The notes: generated from the sequence alone by a model not told the origin. Shown: positions 1 to 14,398, counted from the whole stretch's first letter. The stretch is DNA of 63,780 nt, filler included, from Octopus bimaculoides (GCF_001194135.2; 4 parts of 4 records of this genome joined end to end with filler, not necessarily neighbours in it); one strand, 5' to 3'. Made by a program: numbers and translations.

Positions 1-538
1 TGTGTGTGTGTGTGTGTGTGTAAATTTAGTAACTATTTTCATGCGCTACTAATAGTGTCGTGCGGTGTAAACGATTCAGACATCTTATAATACATCAGGT
101 ACCTGCACACAAATCTCTAACTCTCTCCAGTTTGTATACGAAGCTAAAACATGACCATAGAATAACAGTAAAAACGAGAAGAGGCGACAGACAAGTAGAT
201 ATAAAAAGTGAAACGCTGAAGACATTTTTCTTTCTAGTATTCTTTCCATTTCCTTTCGTTTTTAGGCGTCTTCAGCCATTCACTTTCTATGTTTACTTTC
301 TTCCCGAATTTTCTCGTATTTTATCGTCCGGTTTTAGTTCGTTATGCCATATGGCCATAGTCTGAGGATTGCATGAAAGCACCAGACATGTTATAAAATG
401 CTGTTTGACTCCTTTAAATCTCATGAAACTATTAGAAGCACATAGACATTTATACTGAGCTTATTTAACAATATTTATCGCTAGTCAGACGCAGTACTTC
501 TTTGTTGATGTTACCTTCACGGAACAGTATATTATATA

Positions 539-1682
539 TTAGGCAACGTTTTGAAACATGAAATTCATCACAATATATTTCAACAATGGGAAGCTTTTGT
601 TCATCAGAGGAAGTATCATTATAATCAATACATTTTTGCGAGCAAATTGCAAGTTTGCTTATTCCGCAACATAAAAATCTGGATATTTGGAGCCGATGAA
701 TTCTTTGAACGTACTTTCAACATTGGTTCGATTTTTGAACTTCTCTCGTAGGAAACCATCAAATGGCTTGGAAAAGTGGTAGTCGGTAGGAGAAAGGTTT
801 GGGGAATAAGTTGGGTCAGAAAAACTTCGTAGCCAAGTTCCCTTAACTTCATGAGCGTCCTTAGCGATACATGTATTCGAGCATTGTCATGAAAAATAAT
901 TGACCCTATTCTGTTGACCGGTCTTGTATGGAGGAGCTGCAGTTCATTTTTTGTTCAGTTTGGCAATTTCATGGCAATATGTTTCTGCAATAATGTCTTT
1001 TTCCAGGTTTCAAGAAGTAATAGTGGATAAGTCCAGCACTACACCATCCCAGAGTCATCATAAGCTTCTGTTTGAGGAGTTCGGATTTAGGGAAGGTTTT
1101 CGCTGCTTCATTTTGGTCCAAACCACTGCAATTTCATTCAAGTTGCGTGGTATCCATTTATCGCGCTCTTTTGATTTACCGATCTTATGCAATTTTTTGC
1201 AGGTAGTTTTCTGGCTAACATGAAGTACTTTTGTCACTTCTCGAGTTTTTTTCACGTGGTTCTTTCTCAATGTCCGTCTTTAATTGACTGTAGCCGATGA
1301 CAGATGGGCGTCCACTACGCTCACGATTTTCAAATCTCAGGTCTCCTCTGCGAAATCGTTTAAACCGTTTTGGAGCTGACTAATCACTGATCATTTCTTC
1401 ACCAAATGTTTCGTTGATATCGCGAGCAGTTTCAGTTGCTTACGTCTGTTTCTGAAGTTGAATAGCAACAATTCTCGAATATCGCACTTCGACAATTCCA
1501 TTTCAATTGTAACAACGGTGAAAAAATTATCATTGTTAATTTATTGATGCATTTGAGCAAGTCTATGTCTATTATCAGACAATTATGGCTATCATCAGAC
1601 AATTCCAAAAAAAATGATTTTAAAAATTCAAAATTCTGCAAAGATCCGGTACAAATGCTTCATTGTTCAAAACGTTGCTTAA
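539..1682 (-). mobile_element. Degenerate mariner (Tc1/mariner) DNA transposon with both TIRs
   Basis: Left TIR ttaggcaacgttttgaaacatgaa after a TA; right end ttcattgttcaaaacgttgcttaa is its near reverse complement; minus-strand remnants LHKIGKSKERDKWIPRNLNE and KLRELGYEV resemble mariner transposase; frameshifted. Confidence 0.85.
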
Positions 1683-2722
1683 TTTTTACTCAACTTGATA
1701 TATTATTCACCCCAACAAGCATATTTATTTGTTTGTTTATTTGTGTATGTATACATATACATGTATGTATGTATGTATGCGATATGATTCCGCACAGTAT
1801 TTCCCTACTGAATGCGATTGCCAAGATATTAATGAACGGCGGTGGTATATTAGAAAGCGCTTATGACAATATATATATATATTGAAAACCATACCACGCA
1901 TGTACCACCTATGAACAATCAGGAATAATAAGGCACGTAATATAGATGAAAATATAAAATACAAAACAAGAGCTGATGACATATTTTAAACGTCAGTCAA
2001 CATGCTAGCGGGAAAATACTATTTAAGAAACCATAAATACACACAAAAAAACTGTGTAATGAAAAACTGATTCAATGTGATAGAGAAGGAAATGACTGCG
2101 ATAAAGATACATATAAAAAATTAAAAAGCGTTCAATATGGTGCTAGAGATTCTGAAAAAAATTGTATTAAAGAACAGAAAATATTTTACCTTATTCTAAA
2201 TCATATACAACGGCAGAGAAGTTATTTACTCACAAGTAAAATAACTTTAGTGCAATATGTTATGCCCTATTCTCGTGGGCTTAGAAAAAATATTTAGCAC
2301 TTCAAAACTACCTCATTTTCTTTACACTTTGCTTCAAATTGAACGATAAATGGAAGAAAATTTAAAAACATCAAGCTGATCTCTATATTAGTTGAATTTT
2401 AATGTTGGAAAACGGCCCGGAGATAAAAACGATATAACATACAGACTATATTGCTTGCAAATTTACTGCATGAAAACTTTTACATTTCAGCATACGAGGG
2501 AAATCATTTCATGTTGAAATTGCATTTAGTGTATTTCCTATTTTATGTATTTTTGCTCGAGCTATAATTTCAAATTAGACACGAACTCACACTCGCATCT
2601 CCATATCTACATAGGAACAACCCTATGCATCGACATACATGTATAACTATATATGTGTGTGGGCACTTGTGCTCGCATGTATTCGTACGTGTATGTGTGC
2701 GTATATATTTATTTACATATTC

Positions 2723-2836
<114 letters not shown>

Positions 2837-3139
2837 ACTACATATATGTATATCTATCTCTATCTATATCTATACACACGCACACACATACATACGCATA
2901 TATGTTTATATGTCGTACTTAGTGTATGCTTATACATGTGTGTGGTAAGATGGATGCTTGTGTAGATTAGTGGATCATTGTGCTGTATCTATAAAACCTG
3001 AAAACTTCAATGCCCTTTGCACATTTTTTTTTTTTTTTTTTGCTTTTTAAAAGAAAATACACACAATTACACACCAAATGCACACCACATCAGTAATCTT
3101 CCGTAGCTTATATCGGATAAAACGCTTCAAATATATTCA

Positions 3140-3157
3140 GTAATAATAATAATAATG

Positions 3158-3228
<71 letters not shown>
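3140..3228. repeat. (AAT)n microsatellite
   Basis: Direct reading. Confidence 0.95.
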
Positions 3229-3229
<1 letters not shown>

Positions 3230-3931
3230 GAACTCACTCACCGAAATGGCAATCAATTTCAGTGTCAGTTGCTCCCCCACCACTATAGCCATCAATCGCA
3301 GAAAATGATGTAAAAAAGAACATTCTAAGCGTACACAGTAAACTACGCACATACAGATACCCTTGCATAGAAGCAAACAGACATATAAACACATACATGC
3401 ACATATGGAAATACATATCAATGCATATATTTGTTTGCATACGTATATCATTCTATATATTTTTCATTATATATCTATTATTTATTTAATTCACTAAACT
3501 TTCTCAATACTGCATCTCTTGAAGACTTCACTCGAACAAATCGGCCCCATTACCGCATATTCCGTCACTCTCCTAAACCGAAGGCAGTAACTGGCAAACC
3601 TACGCTACTTGTGAATAGAGAAAACACACATATTTAAGTAAATATGTGTAGGTATCTGTCTGACTACATTACATCACACGCACACACACAGACACACACA
3701 TACATACATACATCCATACATTTATGGATATTTTCTGTTGTTTATTTCCTTTCTGTTGAAGAGCGTAGTCTCGAAACGTAAACGACCTTCATTTCTCCCG
3801 AGTGTCAAACACATACACTTGCTTGTTGTTCACACACTTGTCTTCGACTTCCATTTGTCAGTATATTTCAGCTATACACACACACATACACACACACACA
3901 CACACATACACACACACACACCCACACACAA

Positions 3932-4054
<123 letters not shown>

Positions 4055-4739
4055 CTCTAACAGATACAATCATGCACACATACTTTTCTGTCTGCGTTTG
4101 CCCATTACCATTTAAATATACGTATACGTCACAATTTCTCTCTAACTATTTCACTTTAGACCTGGATATCATCCGGCACAATAGTTAAAGTCACTTGCTG
4201 CATGTGGGACTGAATTTGAAACCGCGTGGCTAGAAAACGTTCTCGATAACCACAGAGACATGCTTGAATGGATGGAGCTTGAATATTAATGTTATCTGTA
4301 ACTGTGAATTTGTTGGTATTGTAGCCATTCCTTTGCAATTCCACTTAAGATAGTAAGACAACGGATTGAGAGACAACATAATTCTGGAAGTACTTATACG
4401 TAGCCAGATACATGATGGAAGAACGTCACAAATGAAACACAATGGAAAACATGAAAGCAAATCTGAAACACATAATTGTTCTCCGAAAATATTTTTTTAA
4501 AAACTGCATTGCATCTCAGTGAACGGTGGCTATCTTTCCAGAAATTCTTATGCCATTTAACACATCTTAAGGAAATGAGAACTAAACAAAAAAAAAAAAA
4601 AAANNNNNNNNNNNNNNNNNNNNNNNNNNNNNNNNNNNNNNNNNNNNNNNNNNNNNNNNNNNNNNNNNNNNNNNNNNNNNNNNNNNNNNNNNNNNNNNNN
4701 NNNNNNNNNNNNNNNNNNNNNNNNNNNNNNNNNNNNNNN

Positions 4740-4783
<44 letters not shown>

Positions 4784-4885
4784 ACGTGCTTGTGTGTATG
4801 ATTTTCACAATAATGGACAGAAGTGATTGAGTGACTGAATAATCGAGCGTTTCGTCCAGTGGAACTTATGAAAGTGATAAATGCG

Positions 4886-5183
4886 AGACCAAAGCTTTGT
4901 GAGTGGATTTGGTAGAAGGAAACTGAAAGAAGCTCGTCGTATATATGTATATGTATATACATATGTGTGTGAGTTTGTGTGTCTGCGTTCATCCCTCCAA
5001 CATCGCTTGACAACCGATACTGGTATGATTACGTCCAAGTTAACTAGCGGTCCGGCAAAAGCGATCGATAGAATAATTACTAGGCTTACAACGGATACGT
5101 CTTAGGGTCGATTTGCTCGACTAAAAGGCGGTGCTGTAGCATGGCCGCAGTGAAATTACTGAAACAAGTAAAAAAGTAAAAGC
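4886..5183 (+). mobile_element. SINE family A copy (5'-truncated)
   Basis: Body ccaaagctttgtgagtggatttggtag...gaaagaag and tail gggtcgatttgctcgactaaaaggcggtgct...catggccgcagt are shared with about 10 copies in the window. Confidence 0.85.
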
Positions 5184-5373
5184 GAATGTATATTTATGTA
5201 TCTGTATACATCGAGAAAAAGTGAAAGTGGATGTGTAAACATCAATTTATCCGTAGTAATTTAGAGCTACGTTAATAACATTTTGTTAAACTCTATTAAA
5301 TCCTTATAATCGATATAATGAAATAAGGCCAGGTGTATTAACTTGCATCCGTGTATATTATATGCGTCTTTGC

Positions 5374-5404
<31 letters not shown>

Positions 5405-6828
5405 GAAATGTACAGGAAGTGCTTTAACGATCACTGCCAAAGTATTTTGAATAAAAGGCAGAAAAAATTTACATATACAGTACACTCGAGTTATGTTTCA
5501 TTAGAATTAAGCAGCATAATTCATATCATTACATAATAAAGATACATATTCAATTAACGTACGTGAATTATTATATAAATATATTGTTAATGCTATTAAT
5601 TGTTTTACAGTTTGTATTTTATGAATCTGTTTCTTTTATGAAAATTAGTATTTATATTCTCACATTCTTTTAACATTTTAAACATTAGAAATCAAATTTC
5701 ACGGTTCATTGCTGAAAACTGCCGCAAAAATAAAAATTAGCAAGATATACATTAACGTTACTAAAACAAATCTTTCTAGGCTATTCTGTCTCGTTTGAAG
5801 CATGTGTAAATGTAGTCAGGACGCTTCTAAACGCACATTTAAGTAAAGCCACTGTAGTTTAAACAAGGGGTCAGTGCATAAACGTTTCCTGTTGGACAGA
5901 ATGGTGAATCACATGTTGTTGATGAACTTTATATTCTCATATTATGTTCTCCTGTAGCCACATTTCCCTTTTCTATATTTAGATTTATTTAACTATGTGA
6001 CTGAAACATATGTTGGTAAAAGAAATAATTTTGCCAGCAGATGGACATCAAGTTTTGCTGTATGATCAATCTCATTTTCAGAAAGGCAATGGATCGTTGC
6101 TTACATAACCGATTTCTAAATTTTCTGTTCATATGATTCGATATTCGGTTTGGAGGAAGTAATGGGTACTGGAGTAAAGCTTTTGAGTTAACGTTGCTTC
6201 AGTTCACTCCACTGGCAAAATTTAGTATCACAGACAAGGCGCCCACTCAATATGATTTAAGTACAGCACTCTGAATACGCCAGTGATAAATCTCCAGGCA
6301 TAGAGAAACGTATTGGTATATCTTACGCACATTTCTTATATTTAATGCAATGTATAGTTTCCAAAGTGGCAATAAAGTAAAGAAGATTAAATTAAATTAA
6401 CATGCTTTTAATGAAATGCATGTAAGCCGGCAGTTTTATCTCTATTTTAATAATTTGAGTGAGATTCTTCTAGGCAATTGGAATTACGTTTGGATGTTAT
6501 TGAGAAGCATTTTCTGATATCTGCTCAAATAAATATTCAAGTAAGAGAGAGAAATGTAGCTTATTTTCAATGGATTTGTTAGAAATAGCAGCAAAAATTC
6601 CCTAAAATTCCTCCTGGCTATGAGAATATTCGGTGTCGTCGAATTGGCACTGCTTATTTGAGATCTGTCATTCGACGCTGTCTTATTTGACATCAGATGT
6701 TTAAATATTTCTCTCGTTCACTCTCTTTCTTTCTCACCCTTTCTCTATATTTATGAGTGTTCAATCAATAAACTGCAATCTCTCTCTCACACACATACTC
6801 TCTCTCTCTGTTCAACCTTTCTTCTCAG

Positions 6829-6846
6829 AATATTATGTTGATGCGG
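6829..6846 (+). other. Candidate 18-nt microexon of an unidentified gene
   Basis: Long CT-rich tract ending cctttcttctcag, then aatattatgttgatgcgg, then gtgagt; open in two phases. Confidence 0.3.
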
Positions 6847-8146
6847 GTGAGTACGCGCGTGTGCGCGTGTATATGTGTTTAGTTCCAGTGCCGAAAAGTA
6901 GTGTCATGATAACAGACTGAATATCCCGTCTACCATACAAAATCGTCAACCTCCACACAACCGCTTCGAATCATCAAATTACGAATTCCAGAATCCATAC
7001 AGTCGATGCACTGTGTGTAGAATAAAACACCAAAACCACGACTAGGGTGAGTTTAATAACATGTCAATTGACACTGCGCAAATTCTCAGAGGTGGCAAAT
7101 ATTTTTGCAGCCAACTCAGAAAAGGCCAGCAATATTCGAACTTAAAGAAATTTTGAACCGAAGAAGGGACGCAAATTTGAGTAATTTGAATATAACGACA
7201 ATTGAATGGTTACCGTATTTCAAAAGAAGACGAATAATTATACCAAAGTAATATTTTTAGTATAATTATTTATTTTTAAAGTAAGGTAAACAGGAGTGAT
7301 GTAAGTGAAACCAATGAGATGAAGAGAAGATTATCTAATGTGAAATATTTAAAACACAGTTTATATCGGAGTAGAAAAGCATGGAGAAAGTACTTTCATG
7401 GTGTACTAGTTGACTAGAAGCAGCTGCTAAGGCGTTGCGGGGGGGGGGGGATAGGAAATACATAGCGGCTTGAGATATATATGTGACCTGGTTGATTGCT
7501 AAATTCGATCTGGCAAGAGGGTGTTGTGCACGTAACCAAATGAGTTAATTTTTGTTGCGTTAAAAATCGATACGAGATAATTGCTACGTAGATGTTAGAT
7601 TCAGTGTGGGCGCGTAAGAAACAGCCTATTCTGATAAATATAAATGAATGATGTAAATCATTGCTAATTAGAGAAAGTGTGCCGATTTAGCATTTCACTA
7701 TCGTGAGACTAGACACCGTAATAAACATCAACTTCTGAGTACACACACGAATATTTATAGATATAACTCTAACCAAACTAGTAATTATCCGGTAATATTA
7801 CTATTTCTGGAGACATAATTTTATTTTACGATGAATTACTTCAAAGGTGTATGAAGTAATGTGTGTCTACAAGAGTGCACGTTGCGTATCTGTCGCCGAA
7901 CCCAGTATAAACATCAAAGATGGTAAAAAGAGTATGATGGTGGGGAGAAACGAGCTGAAGATAACAGTGATTCTGATGATGTAAAAGCAGTTGACTGTAA
8001 ATACAAATAGCATACACACACACATGTATGTGTGCATGTAAGCACACGTATGTATGTTTAGAAATATCCTTACATGCAGGCTAACAGTTGCTTACACACA
8101 CATACGTTCATATATATATATACACATACATCCACACACACCCACT

Positions 8147-8200
<54 letters not shown>

Positions 8201-8215
8201 TATATACATATATAC

Positions 8216-8247
<32 letters not shown>

Positions 8248-8678
8248 NNNNNNNNNNNNNNNNNNNNNNNNNNNNNNNNNNNNNNNNNNNNNNNNNNNNN
8301 NNNNNNNNNNNNNNNNNNNNNNNNNNNNNNNNNNNNNNNNNNNNNNNNNNNNNNNNNNNNNNNNNNNNNNNNNNNNNNNNNNNNNNNNNNNNNNNNNNNN
8401 NNNNNNNNNNNNNNNNNNNNNNNNNNNNNNNNNNNNNNNNNNNNNNNNNNNNNNNNNNNNNNNNNNNNNNNNNNNNNNNNNNNNNNNNNNNNNNNNNNNN
8501 NNNNNNNNNNNNNNNNNNNNNNNNNNNNNNNNNNNNNNNNNNNNNNNNNNNNNNNNNNNNNNNNNNNNNNNNNNNNNNNNNNNNNNNNNNNNNNNNNNNN
8601 NNNNNNNNNNNNNNNNNNNNNNNNNNNNNNNNNNNNNNNNNNNNNNNNNNNNNNNNNNNNNNNNNNNNNNNNNNNNNN

Positions 8679-8710
<32 letters not shown>

Positions 8711-9256
8711 TGTATGTATATTGGTTGGAGCAGATATATATACATGTGTGTATGTAGGTGATTATAGTCAAATACTTTCCTCATGACCGTCACTGCTAAC
8801 TTCAGCTCATTTTTGCACACTAACATGCTTGTTTTTAAGCCGTTTTTTAACGTTTCTGTTATGTTCGACGACATTTGTAGACACACATCCACGAGCTGAC
8901 ATTATTTCTAACACGCAGGGTGCAATACTTGTCATTATTTCGTCTGTCCTTAAGTCTTGAGTTCAAAATTGCCTTTCATCCTTTCAGTGTCGATAAATTA
9001 GCTACCGAAATGCAGTACCACTAGGGTTAATGTAATTGATTTGAATATTACTGGAGTAGAGTGAAAACTCTGCAAACCTCTGCCAATGCATGTGGAACCA
9101 GTACGGCGGAGTATTCTCACCAGACCAGAACGATCTCATGCACGACCTGCACAACATACTTAGTTTCGCGACATACCGAAGACTCCGTTCTGCAGTGGAC
9201 TGAATATAAGACATCCTCTCGAATACAATATATATATATATATATATAACAAGGGG

Positions 9257-9493
9257 TTAGAAAGAAATGTTCTAGCCTATATGCTGAGAAATAGACGCTA
9301 TATCGTCTTACCACTAAAAGAAAACGCAAACACGTGCTGAATTCGAAATTAGCTAATACAGGAATATGTATTTTGTTAACAATTTCTGTTGGCTTGTTGC
9401 ATCGAATTCAGCACATGTGTTTCTGACTTCTTTGAGTAATGAGACGATTTAGCGTCTATTTCCCAGCATATAGGCTAGAAGATTTCTTTTTAA
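9257..9493. mobile_element. Palindromic MITE-like element
   Basis: About 88-bp imperfect inverted arms (aaagaaatgttctagcctatatgctg...gtgctgaattcga versus tcgaattcagcac...cagcatataggctagaagatttcttt) around a short spacer. Confidence 0.75.
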
Positions 9494-9939
9494 GCACTTA
9501 TAATTATACATAGAGTTTCACCTTAATCGGTCCCCTTTTTATATGCTGCCACTCATAGAAAAGAAGTTTATCCACTAGCGTTTGTGTGTGTCTGTGCTTG
9601 TGTTCCTCGGATTATGTGTTGAAACGTAAGACGAATTATTAATTATGTCATGGGGTTTTCTTCTTTTTGGTAAATTTTTGGATGTCTACCGTTTTTCATG
9701 CTCTACTATATTATTGATTAAACTAGCCTATATTTTCTGTCTAGTAACGTGTTTTTAAGTTCTTGTAGTCGTTTATCTCGGTTTACGGGATTAGATGCGA
9801 TCGTGCAGTTTTTTCTTGACAACTTCAACGGTATATTGATTTTAATATGTTTTGGGTGGCAAAAAGAGAACAGAAGATATTGTTTGGAGTACGTTTGTTT
9901 AAGTAGATGTCGTTTTCAATTTTATTATCATCTTTATAA

Positions 9940-10590
9940 TTAAGATGTCCAGGAAGGGTAGCTGTTTGTGGCTGTATTCTATTGTACATTTGATACTGTG
10001 GTTAATGCTGTTGATTAGATTTTTAATTTCTGACAGTTGCTCAAGGTTATGCAACCAGAGAATAAAGCAATAATCCAAATAACCTTTCCAGTTGGCGAGT
10101 ATGTTGGGAAGTTGTCTCCAAATTTCAGTCTCGTGAGCTCCTATATTTGGAATTTCATGATATAGTTAGCAAAAGTAAGAGCTACACTCGTGGCTATCGC
10201 AGTGCTCCATTCTGGACTGTAGGAGTTCCCGATGAAGTTGTAAAGTTGGTTTGTGAGTTTAATTTTATTCCTTCAAAAGAGATCTCAACATAAGACCACC
10301 TTTGCCTGCTCCTTCCTGTGAAACACACAGACTCAGTAACTTTATTGACATCCTCATAAAACCTATTCTACAGCTTATACCGAGCTTTATAAGGGATGAC
10401 CTGGACTTTTTAAAGCATCCCCCGAACAAAACCATCAAGGGTACCCTTCATCTTTCATTCGGTATAATTAACTTTTATACTTCGATTTCTTAGGAATAAA
10501 AAATAGAGGCCATATATTTCTGGCTGGAAAAATCCCCAAATGACATTCCTGACAGAATGGGAAGAAGATTCATTATTGAATGTCTTCGGC
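9940..10590. mobile_element. Penelope-like element RT fragments in opposite orientations
   Basis: + strand ETHRLSNFIDILIKP...FIRDDLDFL...; - strand decayed later RT motifs (resembling GTAMG...AP.YAN and WKRYLD). Confidence 0.7.
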
Positions 10591-12124
10591 AGATTCCAGA
10601 GTTAATTCTCTTTCAGTTTATATGTTTTCACTATTAAAATATATGGATGATTTAGTGAATCGCTAATGTGTGTACAAAAAATCAACATACAGAGTAGTGT
10701 GTAATCTTTTACCAAAAAGTAAAATTGTAATTGTCAGTAGATATGATTATTGTGTTAGAAACACCTATATTGCTAGAATAAAAGCGAAAGTGGTCTAATG
10801 CTGTAGTCAAAGCATACAATTGCATGCATATGTACTGACAGGGATTTTAATTGGCCGAAAACACCGATCAAGAATTCGTTATAATTTACGTCGCCTCATC
10901 AGTAAGGGATGGCTCGACTTTGGCTGATTCCGGAGTTAATTTTGTGTCATTCTATATTTTCACCATAAAGTCTATAGATAGTTCAGCGAATCGCTAACGC
11001 ATATACAGAAAATTAATGTAGATAGCAGCGTTCAATATTTTAGGCATGAATTAATTAACAATTATACATACACACACACGCACACACACACACACACACG
11101 CATANNNNNNNNNNNNNNNNNNNNNNNNNNNNNNNNNNNNNNNNNNNNNNNNNNNNNNNNNNNNNNNNNNNNNNNNNNNNNNNNNNNNNNNNNNNNNNNN
11201 NNNNNNNNNNNNNNNNNNNNNNNNNNNNNNNNNNNNNNNNNNNNNNNNNNNNNNNNNNNNNNNNNNNNNNNNNNNNNNNNNNNNNNNNNNNNNNNNNNNN
11301 NNNNNNNNNNNNNNNNNNNNNNNNNNNNNNNNNNNNNNNNNNNNNNNNNNNNNNNNNNNNNNNNNNNNNNNNNNNNNNNNNNNNNNNNNNNNNNNNNNNN
11401 NNNNNNNNNNNNNNNNNNNNNNNNNNNNNNNNNNNNNNNNNNNNNNNNNNNNNNNNNNNNNNNNNNNNNNNNNNNNNNNNNNNNNNNNNNNNNNNNNNNN
11501 NNNNNNNNNNNNNNNNNNNNNNNNNNNNNNNNNNNNNNNNNNNNNNNNNNNNNNNNNNNNNNNNNNNNNNNNNNNNNNNNNNNNNNNNNNNNNNNNNNNN
11601 NNNNNNNNNNNNNNNNNNNNNNNNNNNNNNNNNNNNNNNNNNNNNNNNNNNNNNNNNNNNNNNNNNNNNNNNNNNNNNNNNNNNNNNNNNNNNNNNNNNN
11701 NNNNNNNNNNNNNNNNNNNNNNNNNNNNNNNNNNNNNNNNNNNNNNNNNNNNNNNNNNNNNNNNNNNNNNNNNNNNNNNNNNNNNNNNNNNNNNNNNNNN
11801 NNNNNNNNNNNNNNNNNNNNNNNNNNNNNNNNNNNNNNTATATATATATAAATTAATATAAGTATGTATGTCTGTATGTACATGCATATACATGCCAATA
11901 TAATTACATAAAGCTATATAAATTTAGAGAGTGAGGGATATATACACACAAATACATTTTCACACATACAATTATACTCTCTCCGAAACTTGGTGCTCTT
12001 CTCTGTACGATATCGTTATAATACATATTCCACAATATATACATTATTTTAGATTTAAAACGGTTTGTTTTGTTGTAATATATTGCGTATATTCTGGAGA
12101 ATTCGAACATTTTTGACTCTGTAG

Positions 12125-12199
12125 TGATACGTTCAAAGCAAGCGAAGATGATGTGAATGAATGTATCAATCACGAGGAAATAAAAACGGAAGAAGTTGA
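12125..12199 (+). CDS. Candidate 75-nt symmetric (phase 2-2) exon, DTFKASEDDVNECINHEEIKTEEV, unknown gene
   Basis: ttttgactctgtag acceptor, GA|gtaagg donor, open frame with non-repetitive composition; no homology recognised. Confidence 0.35.
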
Positions 12200-12999
12200 G
12201 TAAGGTTTATTCCACATTTGATGGTTACATTTTTCATGAGATAAAAGTATCTCTCGAAACAGATTCTTCCTTTAATCTGATGATAACGTGTCACGTTGTC
12301 ATAGAATGTCGTAGCTGTGCAGATTTCCTATACTCTTATACGAAAGATGTCTATACAGATTAAAAGGGGAAAATAAAAAATAAAGGCTAACCTATGAAAT
12401 CTATGCGCCATTATTCCTATGAGATTCACTCAGCAAATAAATGAATATACTTTCCCTCATACACTTACACATAAGCACATGCATTTATAGAAGCGACACA
12501 AAGATGAAGGAAGGTCATTTTTTATTTTGTACTCTGTTACTTGCGTGAGTTTATTGTATTAAGCAGTTCAAATTATAATATTATGATGGCTAGTAAAAGT
12601 AGGAAACACATATATGTTAAATTTGGCTTCGCTGCATTTTATACTAAGAGAGATGAAAACAAAATAATATGGTCTTCCAAAGTATATTCTTTATTGCTTT
12701 TGTGCTATTCAACTTCTATGGATGTATTCTTGGTTACTTTAAAAGTAGGGAAATCTCAACTCAAACAATAGACATATATATGGCTCAATAACTATATAAT
12801 AACTGAGAGAAGTAGTATTCCTGTTGTCATATAAATGCAAAGGTGACTTTCATAATTTGATGGTAACTGACTTAAGTGAATTTCCAACTCCACCATCAAC
12901 AATTTATTTTCTCTACCTCGTCTTGTGAGTAGATTTATGAATTTATGGTGTTTCAAACATGAATAGACTTCTCGTTTCAATGCGTTTGTATTAATAAAA

Positions 13000-13230
13000 C
13001 TATCATCGTCGTCTTCGTCATCGTCGTCAAAGCCGTCATCGTCATCTTCGTCTTCACCTTCGTCATTGCCATCGTTGTCGTCGTCGTCGTCGTCGTCGTC
13101 ATCATCATCATCATCGTCATCATCATCGGCTTCATCATTTTGTACTCTTCCTCATTCTCCACTACTCGTTCTCTTCCTGTTTATCTCCTCCTCCCCCTCC
13201 TCCTTCTCCTCCGTCTTCTCATTCTCATTG
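13000..13230. repeat. (TCG)n/(TCA)n/(CTC)n compound trinucleotide tract
   Basis: Direct reading. Confidence 0.9.
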
Positions 13231-14355
13231 TCTTTTCCTGTAGAGATCTTAATGATTTCCTTTATTTTTGCTGTTTCAGTCAAACAATCTTGATCAATAT
13301 ATATCATAGTGAACACGGTGAATGATAAAAAAAAAAACTGACATGAATGTGACTGAACATACGTTGTTAGGAACAAAGTCGTAAATATTCCAAAAATAAA
13401 TTAAGATCTTGATATTTTCACCCAAAATATTTCTTAGTCTGTGTCAGTAAAAAAAAGATATGGTTTTATATTCAGTAATGAGTAGCTAGATATGCACGCG
13501 TTAGATATAAATTCGAGACTTGTAATTGTATAGCAAATTTATATCAAATAATAGGGCTCTGATCTGTATATGGATTATTAAATAAAATTAAAAAGAACGA
13601 ATGTTCAATTGAGTGTTAAGGGTTCTTTCAGAAACAAAATGAGAAAATTGCGTTAGATGTAAGATATATTATTTCCTGTTAAATTATGTAACATTGATTT
13701 TCGAGCTAATGTATCAATATTTCATTGATTTCGAAGCCAATAGATCGTGCCATTTCGGTTGGCATTTGCCGTGTCAAATCGATTGTATTAATCAAACAAT
13801 TAACCTTGTTATCATGCGTGTCATACATGATTTGATAGATTCTTTAGCGATCACAGCCCACTGATATTAAATATAAAATCAGAGGAATTATACTCCTATT
13901 AAATATACATCAGTTAAACTATATTTCAATTAAATATTCTGAAACCGCTGAATTATAACGCAAATTTCCTACAAGGCAATAGTTAATGTATATTTTCATT
14001 AAATATGATATATTAAGCGAAGTATATTGTCATGAAAATATAATTTATTAGGGAATTATAACCCCCTTCAAATAACATGCAACAAATCAAATTTATTCCA
14101 GTTAAATATGCTATATATTGGAATACTAACTGCTGAAGCGAATTGTAACATTTCAATTGCTATGTCGCTTTAATATTTATGGAGGAAATTAGGCGGCCTT
14201 TAAATTGGCACTAGCGCTATTACAGTTCAGACAAGCCAGTGAGTGATCATTGGCCGTCTTAGAATTAAGAGAAATGGTTCCCCTTTCATAATCTAACAAC
14301 CACTATGAAATAGCAGTTTCGTTTTCTTCACATCGCACTCTGCAGTCATCGGAAA

Positions 14356-14398
<43 letters not shown>

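Noticed and set aside
240-400. CTGAAGA...CGAAA (minus) and CTGAGGA...GAAA (plus) motifs
   Set aside because: Stem II and stem I cannot be formed convincingly.
7905-7995. Acidic frame DGGEKRAEDNSDSDDVKAVD
   Set aside because: In-frame stop just upstream and no adequate acceptor.
9050-9210. Coding-looking frame MWNQYGGVFSPDQNDLMHDLHNIL...
   Set aside because: No splice sites or recognisable family; abuts a SINE fragment.
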